This document shows, piece by piece, positions 17,757-22,837 of a stretch of DNA of 22,837 bases. Within the stretch, counting starts at the first letter, position 1, and each line of letters begins with the position of its first letter. The notes under the pieces are model-generated. The model made no database searches and was not told where the DNA came from. It was given only the letters and a program-made list of their open reading frames with translations. Source of the stretch: an uncultured bacterium (GTDB lineage: Bacteria; Macinerneyibacteriota; Macinerneyibacteria; Macinerneyibacteriales; DSCS01). The DNA lies in the NCBI GenBank assembly GCA_964548195.1, contig CAZJQC010000006.1, positions 19,855 to 42,691 of the forward strand, in the 5' to 3' direction. A program made the translations under genes and the position numbers.

Positions 17757-19838
17757 ATGGGGTTTGATATCAACATGATTAGAAATATCGCGTTGTCGGG
17801 TCACAGCGGCACCGGTAAGACTACCTTGGCTGAAGCTGTAATGTTCGTGACGAAGAAGATCAACAGGATGGGCAGTGTCACCGAAGGCAATACAGTATCG
17901 GATTATAATCCCGAAGAGATCAAAAGACAGATCTCAATCAATTCGACGGTCCTGTCATTTGACTGGAAAAAGGGCCATTTCACGATCATAGACCTTCCGG
18001 GATACAGCGATTTTATCAGCGAGACTATGACGGGCATGTATGCGGCAGACCATGTGCTGACCACTGTTTCCGCCGCAGCCGGCGTGCAGATCGGCACCGA
18101 AAACGTATGGGAGTCCGCCGTTGCCAATAAGAAAAAAATATATGTTTTTATAAATAAACTTGACAGGGAAAACACTGATTTTGAACGCACGCTGCAGGAA
18201 CTGAATCAAAAACTTATTCACCCGAGGCCTGTGGTCATGCAGCTGCCCATTGGAAACTCACTTGAGTTCCGGGGCGTTGTGGACCTTATCAAGATGAAGG
18301 CTTATGAGTATGATGCAGACGGTACTCCCAAAGAGGTGGAGATACCGGCTGATATGGCGGATACGGTGGGGGAATACAGGGAACGTATGATGGAATCCGT
18401 GGCGGAAGAGGATGAAAGCCTTATGGAAAAGGTGCTGGAAGGCGAAGCCCTTTCCAATGAGGAGATGGCCGCCGGCCTTGAGACCGCGATGAAAAGCGGC
18501 AATATAGCCCCCGTGCTCATCGGTTCGGCGGAAAAACTGATCGGCATATCGACAATGCTTGAGTTTTTCCTGGAAAATGCCGCCTCCCCGGCCAGCGAGA
18601 CCAATTATTATTACGCCGGCACGGAGAAGAAGGATGTCGTCACCATAGACCCTGAAGCTCCGTTCAGCGCGATAGTCTTCAAGACCGTCGTGGACCCTTA
18701 CGCGGGCAAGATGAACTTTTTCAAGGTGATGTCCGGGACATTGAAGGCCGGAGAAAGCGTTCATGTGAGTTCCACCGGTAAAAGCGAGCGTATCAGCCAT
18801 ATTTATACCGCAACCAGCAAAAAGATCAATGATGTAGGCGAGATCTCCGCGGGCATGATAGGCGTTATCTCAAAAATAGAGTCAATAAAGACAAGGGACA
18901 CGCTGGCCGCCGAATCGAACGCAAAAGAGATCGAATTCCTGGATGAGTTCCGTCCGATATATTCGCTTTCCATAAACGCGGTGTCTTCAACCGACCAGGA
19001 CAAGCTCGGTACGGGGCTTGCAAAACTTACAGAAGAGGACCCTTCTCTGAAAAGCTGGAGAAACACGGATACACATGAGTCAATAATATCGGGAATGGGC
19101 GATATACATCTTGATGTAATGGTCTCAAGGCTTAAGGAGCGGTTTGGGGTGGACGTGGTCACGGCTACGCCCAAAGTTGCCTATAAGGAGACCATCACAA
19201 AGATTGCCGAGGTGCATGGCAGATATAAGAAACAATCAGGCGGCCGCGGACAGTTCGGCGATGTGCATATTAAATTCGAACCCATGCCGCGAGGGGCGGG
19301 ATTTGAGTTTGTCGATGCCATTGTCGGCGGCGTAGTGCCCGGCAAGTTCATACCGGCTTGTGAAAAAGGCATCAAGGAAGCCATGACAAAAGGCGTTATG
19401 GCGGGGTATCCGGTCGAGGACATCCGCGCCACGCTCCACGACGGCTCTTACCATCCTGTCGATTCTTCCGAGATGGCGTTTAAGATAGCTTCTTCGATGG
19501 CATTTAAAAAGGCCTTTGAGACTGCCGGAGGAGTCATACTGGAACCCGTGCTCAAGGTGCAGGTAATAGTGCCCGACGAGTATATGGGCGACGTCATGGG
19601 CGGGGTAAACAGCAAGCGCGGAAAAATACTTGGCATGAATCCCATGGGCAAGGGCGTGCAGGTCATTGAGGCCGAAGTACCCGAATCCGAAATGCTTTCC
19701 TATGCCATAGACCTCAGATCGATAAGCAGCGGCAGAGGCAAGTTTTCGACGGAATTCTCGCATTATGAGGTCGCGCCCCATGATGTTATGCAGAAAGTCA
19801 TAGCCGAGTCGAAGTCGGAAGCAGACGAAGAGGAATAA
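17757..19838 (+). CDS. fusA: Elongation factor G paralogue (EF-G2 / EF-G-like)
   Basis: IRNIAL-GHSGTGKTT, RQISI, DLPGY, NKLD, EEDPS, GMGDIHL, KKQSGGRGQFG, DGSYHPVDSSEMAF and LEP...GDVMG. It lies outside the str operon. ATG 17757 is better spaced from GGAGGAG than ATG 17751. Confidence 0.93.
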   Translation: MGFDINMIRNIALSGHSGTGKTTLAEAVMFVTKKINRMGSVTEGNTVSDYNPEEIKRQISINSTVLSFDWKKGHFTIIDLPGYSDFISETMTGMYAADHVLTTVSAAAGVQIGTENVWESAVANKKKIYVFINKLDRENTDFERTLQELNQKLIHPRPVVMQLPIGNSLEFRGVVDLIKMKAYEYDADGTPKEVEIPADMADTVGEYRERMMESVAEEDESLMEKVLEGEALSNEEMAAGLETAMKSGNIAPVLIGSAEKLIGISTMLEFFLENAASPASETNYYYAGTEKKDVVTIDPEAPFSAIVFKTVVDPYAGKMNFFKVMSGTLKAGESVHVSSTGKSERISHIYTATSKKINDVGEISAGMIGVISKIESIKTRDTLAAESNAKEIEFLDEFRPIYSLSINAVSSTDQDKLGTGLAKLTEEDPSLKSWRNTDTHESIISGMGDIHLDVMVSRLKERFGVDVVTATPKVAYKETITKIAEVHGRYKKQSGGRGQFGDVHIKFEPMPRGAGFEFVDAIVGGVVPGKFIPACEKGIKEAMTKGVMAGYPVEDIRATLHDGSYHPVDSSEMAFKIASSMAFKKAFETAGGVILEPVLKVQVIVPDEYMGDVMGGVNSKRGKILGMNPMGKGVQVIEAEVPESEMLSYAIDLRSISSGRGKFSTEFSHYEVAPHDVMQKVIAESKSEADEEE

Positions 19839-19880
19839 TAAGCGGCCCTTTGGGAGGGTCGTTAAACCATGGAGGTCAAA

Positions 19881-20582
19881 ATGAAAAAGATGATGTTGAT
19901 TGCCGTTGCGATAGTCTTAACTGTACTGCCTGCGGTGTCGATGACACTGGGGGATGTGCTCAATGCTGATCAGTACATGAGCAAGGGGATGACCGCTGAC
20001 ATGGAACAGAGTGTCTCGGTGCCGGCGCAGAACATGAAGATGAACATCGTTTCCAAGTTTCATATGAAAGGCGAGTGGGTGCGCATAGACATGGCATATA
20101 CAGAGGACACCTTCAACAACCCCGCCCAGTATCAGCAGCTGAAGATGATGAAGATGGACAGGATGATAGTCATACAGGGGGAAAAGGACGGCAGAGATTA
20201 CTCTATAATGGCATACCCCGGACTCAACGGATATGTCGAGATGTTCGACCAGGCCAATGACTCCAAGGATTTCAGCGACATGGGCGAGATGATGGACACC
20301 CAGGTAAAAAAGATCGGTTCCGAAGAGTTTGCCGGCGTGAACGCTGACAAATATGAAGTGATACCCGAAGAGTCCGATTCCGAGATGGAAGCTTATTACA
20401 TCTATGTGGATCCCTCCAAAAAGGTCATGGTGGGCATGCACATGAAGGGCGAAGGCTCCGAGACCACTATCAAGTTCAAGAACATCGTAATGGGCGTTGA
20501 CAGCTCAGTGTTCAACCCGCCTGCAGGCATGAAAAAATACGAGAACATGCAGCAGCTGAGCATGGCGGCGATGGGTTACTGA
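19881..20582 (+). CDS. Exported Met-rich hypothetical protein, DUF4412/LolA-like beta fold
   Basis: GGAGG RBS before ATG 19881 and signal peptide MKKMMLIAVAIVLTVLPAVS. The motifs KKIGSEEFAGVNADKYEV and SVFNPPAGMKK resemble the DUF4412 family. Confidence 0.6.
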   Translation: MKKMMLIAVAIVLTVLPAVSMTLGDVLNADQYMSKGMTADMEQSVSVPAQNMKMNIVSKFHMKGEWVRIDMAYTEDTFNNPAQYQQLKMMKMDRMIVIQGEKDGRDYSIMAYPGLNGYVEMFDQANDSKDFSDMGEMMDTQVKKIGSEEFAGVNADKYEVIPEESDSEMEAYYIYVDPSKKVMVGMHMKGEGSETTIKFKNIVMGVDSSVFNPPAGMKKYENMQQLSMAAMGY

Positions 20583-20607
20583 CAGCAGGACCGCGATACA
20601 CACTTTT

Positions 20608-20633
20608 AAGGGCGCCTTCGGGCGCCCTTTTTT
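20608..20633 (+). terminator. Rho-independent terminator with cUUCGg tetraloop
   Basis: AAGGGCGCC-TTCG-GGCGCCCTT followed by a T-tract, downstream of the stop at 20582. Confidence 0.92.
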
Positions 20634-20685
20634 ATTGAAACATTTTTTTTGATGCTGCTGTCACATACCGAAAAAGGGAGGCATC

Positions 20686-21672
20686 GTGAGGATTTTGATA
20701 TTAGGCGGCACCGTGTTTCTCGGAAGACACATAGCCGATACTGCGGTTGCTGCGGGACATGAGGTGACCCTGTTTCACAGAGGGCTGCATCCTGCGGCGC
20801 ATCCGGCGGCCCGGGAGCTTATCGGCGACAGGGATGGCGATGATTCTGCGTTGGCCGGAGAAAAATGGGATGCTGTCATAGATACGTCGGGGTATGTCCC
20901 CAGAGTGGTGGCAAAGACATTGAAGACGCTGCAGGGGAATTACGGCTGGTATTGTTTTGTCTCCAGCATATCAGTCTATGAGGATATGTCCGCTTCGAGA
21001 CTGGACGAGAACAGCGCGACGTTGAGGCTTGATGTGCCGGGCAATGAGGATATAAACGAAAATTACGGGGCGCTGAAAGCATTGTGCGAGGCTGAAGTAG
21101 CCGCTTCGGCGCATAAGGCCTTTATCGTCCGCCCGGGACTTATCGCGGGGCCGTGGGACCCGAGCGACAGATTTACCTATTGGCCGGTCAGGTTTCACAG
21201 GGGCGGCCGCATACTTTATCCCGCGCACCCCGATACGTACGTGCAGTTCATAGATGTCAGGGACCTTGCGGAATGGATAGTCGCCTGCGCGGAGCGAGGG
21301 ATAACCGGCGTGTATAATGCCACAGGTCCCGAAAAGCCGCTGTCTTTTTCGGCCTTCATAGCCGCATGTTCCCGTGCAGTGAAAACTGAGTGTGAGACGG
21401 TCGGCGTAAACGAGGAGTTTTTAAGGAGTGAGGGCGTACTGTCGTGGACTGATATGCCCATGTGGATAGCCAAAGCTGATAATATGACAGGATTTTCCGC
21501 GGCGGATTGCTCGGCCGCGTATGCGAATGGACTGAGACACAGGGATGTTGACCTCACATTAAAGGATACGCTTGAATGGCGTCTCGGACAGGAAGAGCAG
21601 TGCGCGTTGAAGTGGGGGATATCACCCGAAAGAGAAGGGACGGTGCTGGGAAAATGGCAGGAAAATATTTAA
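20686..21672 (+). CDS. NAD-dependent epimerase/dehydratase family protein (atypical SDR, isoflavone-reductase-like)
   Basis: Rossmann motif ILILGGTVFLG, WDAVIDTSGY, FVSSISVY, YGALK (YxxxK), RPGLIAGP and QFIDVRDLA. GTG start after GGGAGG. Confidence 0.9.
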   Translation: MRILILGGTVFLGRHIADTAVAAGHEVTLFHRGLHPAAHPAARELIGDRDGDDSALAGEKWDAVIDTSGYVPRVVAKTLKTLQGNYGWYCFVSSISVYEDMSASRLDENSATLRLDVPGNEDINENYGALKALCEAEVAASAHKAFIVRPGLIAGPWDPSDRFTYWPVRFHRGGRILYPAHPDTYVQFIDVRDLAEWIVACAERGITGVYNATGPEKPLSFSAFIAACSRAVKTECETVGVNEEFLRSEGVLSWTDMPMWIAKADNMTGFSAADCSAAYANGLRHRDVDLTLKDTLEWRLGQEEQCALKWGISPEREGTVLGKWQENI

Positions 21673-22757
21673 GGATGACGGTTGCGGCCGTGTTTATCAT
21701 CTTGGCCTTTGCGGGCTGCGGGAACACGGATAAAAAAATATTTATAAAAAAACCCGAAAAAAAGGAATTGAGGGCCGTTTCTTCAGTCGCCACCGAAGAG
21801 GGATATCAGCTCATGGCGTTTTTGGAGACCGATGGTGATCATTTCATAGACGTCAAGGTGGAGTCCGGGCATGAACGCGGCGTTGTAGAGATCAGGGATG
21901 AAAACCTGGCTCTAGTGAGCGCGTTTCGCCCGCGCAGGGGCATGGGCCCCGGTGAGTTCATGGCTCCTTCATATTTTTTCATAGACGGCGAAAAGGTGCA
22001 TATGCTTGACGGCCATAAAAACACGGTGGAGATCTTTGATTATGAGGGCAATAACGTGGATACCGTGCTACTTGGCAATACAATATCGATATTCAAATGG
22101 ATAACATCCTGTATCTATGACGGCAGCTCTTATTACATCGCTCCTCTGATACCCGACATAGCCGTGAAATTCGGCAAAGACGGCAACGGGCTAAGTTCCG
22201 TTAAAAGCCATTTGAAGGACAATGCCGACGGCTTGATGTGGCAGGAACATGCATGCAGACTGGCAAGGGACACGGATGGCAATATATATGTGTCTTACAA
22301 TGAACGGGGTTATGAGATAGATAAATACGACAGCGATCTGAATCCCGTGTGGACCGCTTCGATCGCGGACCGGACAATGAAAAAGCCCGGGATGTCGATG
22401 ACGGTCATAGGTGACGCGAAACAGCCTGTGGGCACCTTCACCCATTCCTCCTTTTTCTGGAAAGACGGAAAATTGTTCGTGTTAAGAGGTGTCGGCGGAG
22501 AAATAAAGGCGGTGATGAAAGACGGACGGAAGACCCGGGAGAGCGGAAAGATAGAGGGCATAAAAAACCCCTTTATGGACGTCTTTGACGCCGGGGACTG
22601 TTCCTTTCTCTACAGGATAGAGATCCCGTTTTTATCCACGGATTCATGGGCCGAAGTGGTGCCCGTAGGCGATAGTTTTGTCTTTTCCATATTGTCTGAC
22701 GATGATGAGAGCGACTATAACAATTCGGTATGCAAGGCTGTATTTGCCGGGGAGTGA
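21654..22757 (+). CDS. Lipoprotein, probable 6-bladed beta-propeller (NHL/TolB-like)
   Basis: Lipobox FAG-C after a hydrophobic stretch. Blade-like motifs include GMGPGEFMAP, VEIFDYEGN, DTDGNIYVS and IDKYDSDLN. Start is ATG 21654 or 21675. Confidence 0.65.
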   Translation: MAGKYLRMTVAAVFIILAFAGCGNTDKKIFIKKPEKKELRAVSSVATEEGYQLMAFLETDGDHFIDVKVESGHERGVVEIRDENLALVSAFRPRRGMGPGEFMAPSYFFIDGEKVHMLDGHKNTVEIFDYEGNNVDTVLLGNTISIFKWITSCIYDGSSYYIAPLIPDIAVKFGKDGNGLSSVKSHLKDNADGLMWQEHACRLARDTDGNIYVSYNERGYEIDKYDSDLNPVWTASIADRTMKKPGMSMTVIGDAKQPVGTFTHSSFFWKDGKLFVLRGVGGEIKAVMKDGRKTRESGKIEGIKNPFMDVFDAGDCSFLYRIEIPFLSTDSWAEVVPVGDSFVFSILSDDDESDYNNSVCKAVFAGE

Positions 22758-22760
22758 CAT

Positions 22761-22837
22761 ATGAAAATAAGGATGATCAAAGAGGATGAATTAAAGAGAT
22801 ACGCGGAGATTGTTTTTAACGCATATCCCGGGTTCGG
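22761..22837 (+). CDS. 3'-partial CDS, probable GNAT family acetyltransferase (possibly Eis-like)
   Basis: GGGGAG RBS then ATG: MKIRMIKEDELKRYAEIVFNAYPGF, a typical GNAT beta1-alpha1 start. Only 25 codons are visible. Confidence 0.45.
   Translation, partial: MKIRMIKEDELKRYAEIVFNAYPGF

Noticed and set aside
20635..20670. Possible promoter starting with TTGAAA after the terminator
   Set aside because: No convincing -10 hexamer at 16-18 bp spacing.
1..22837. CRISPR arrays, tRNA/rRNA, riboswitches, recoded stops or programmed frameshifts
   Set aside because: Intergenic spaces are at most about 100 nt and are explained by promoter, terminator or RBS. Recognised genes are full length in one frame, and TAA, TAG and TGA all act as stops. 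Short A/T homopolymers do not disrupt frames.

Overview
A gene-dense bacterial window with every credible gene on the + strand and standard genetic code. No rRNA, tRNA, CRISPR array or mobile element was recognised. Bases 1-16241 form a tightly packed, apparently translationally coupled run: dxs (5'-partial), tlyA, NAD kinase, recN, a ~1670-aa SprA-like outer-membrane protein, a ~708-aa exported protein with a CBM9/DOMON-like N-domain, dtd, maf, rsmB, rpe and a PLP aminotransferase. Next come a separately transcribed lipoprotein with a pseudopilin-like helix (good sigma70 promoter and terminator), a bactofilin, an EF-G2-type elongation factor and a Met-rich exported DUF4412-like protein with a terminator. 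The window ends with an atypical SDR, a beta-propeller lipoprotein and the start of a probable GNAT acetyltransferase. The most notable element is the compact homologue of SprA, the type IX secretion system (T9SS) translocon. It sits inside a housekeeping operon whose gene order is familiar from Firmicutes-like genomes, with no other T9SS gene in view and coupled to an unknown exported partner. This is a candidate non-canonical or minimal SprA-based envelope system. All family calls come from motif recognition by eye, not from database searches.
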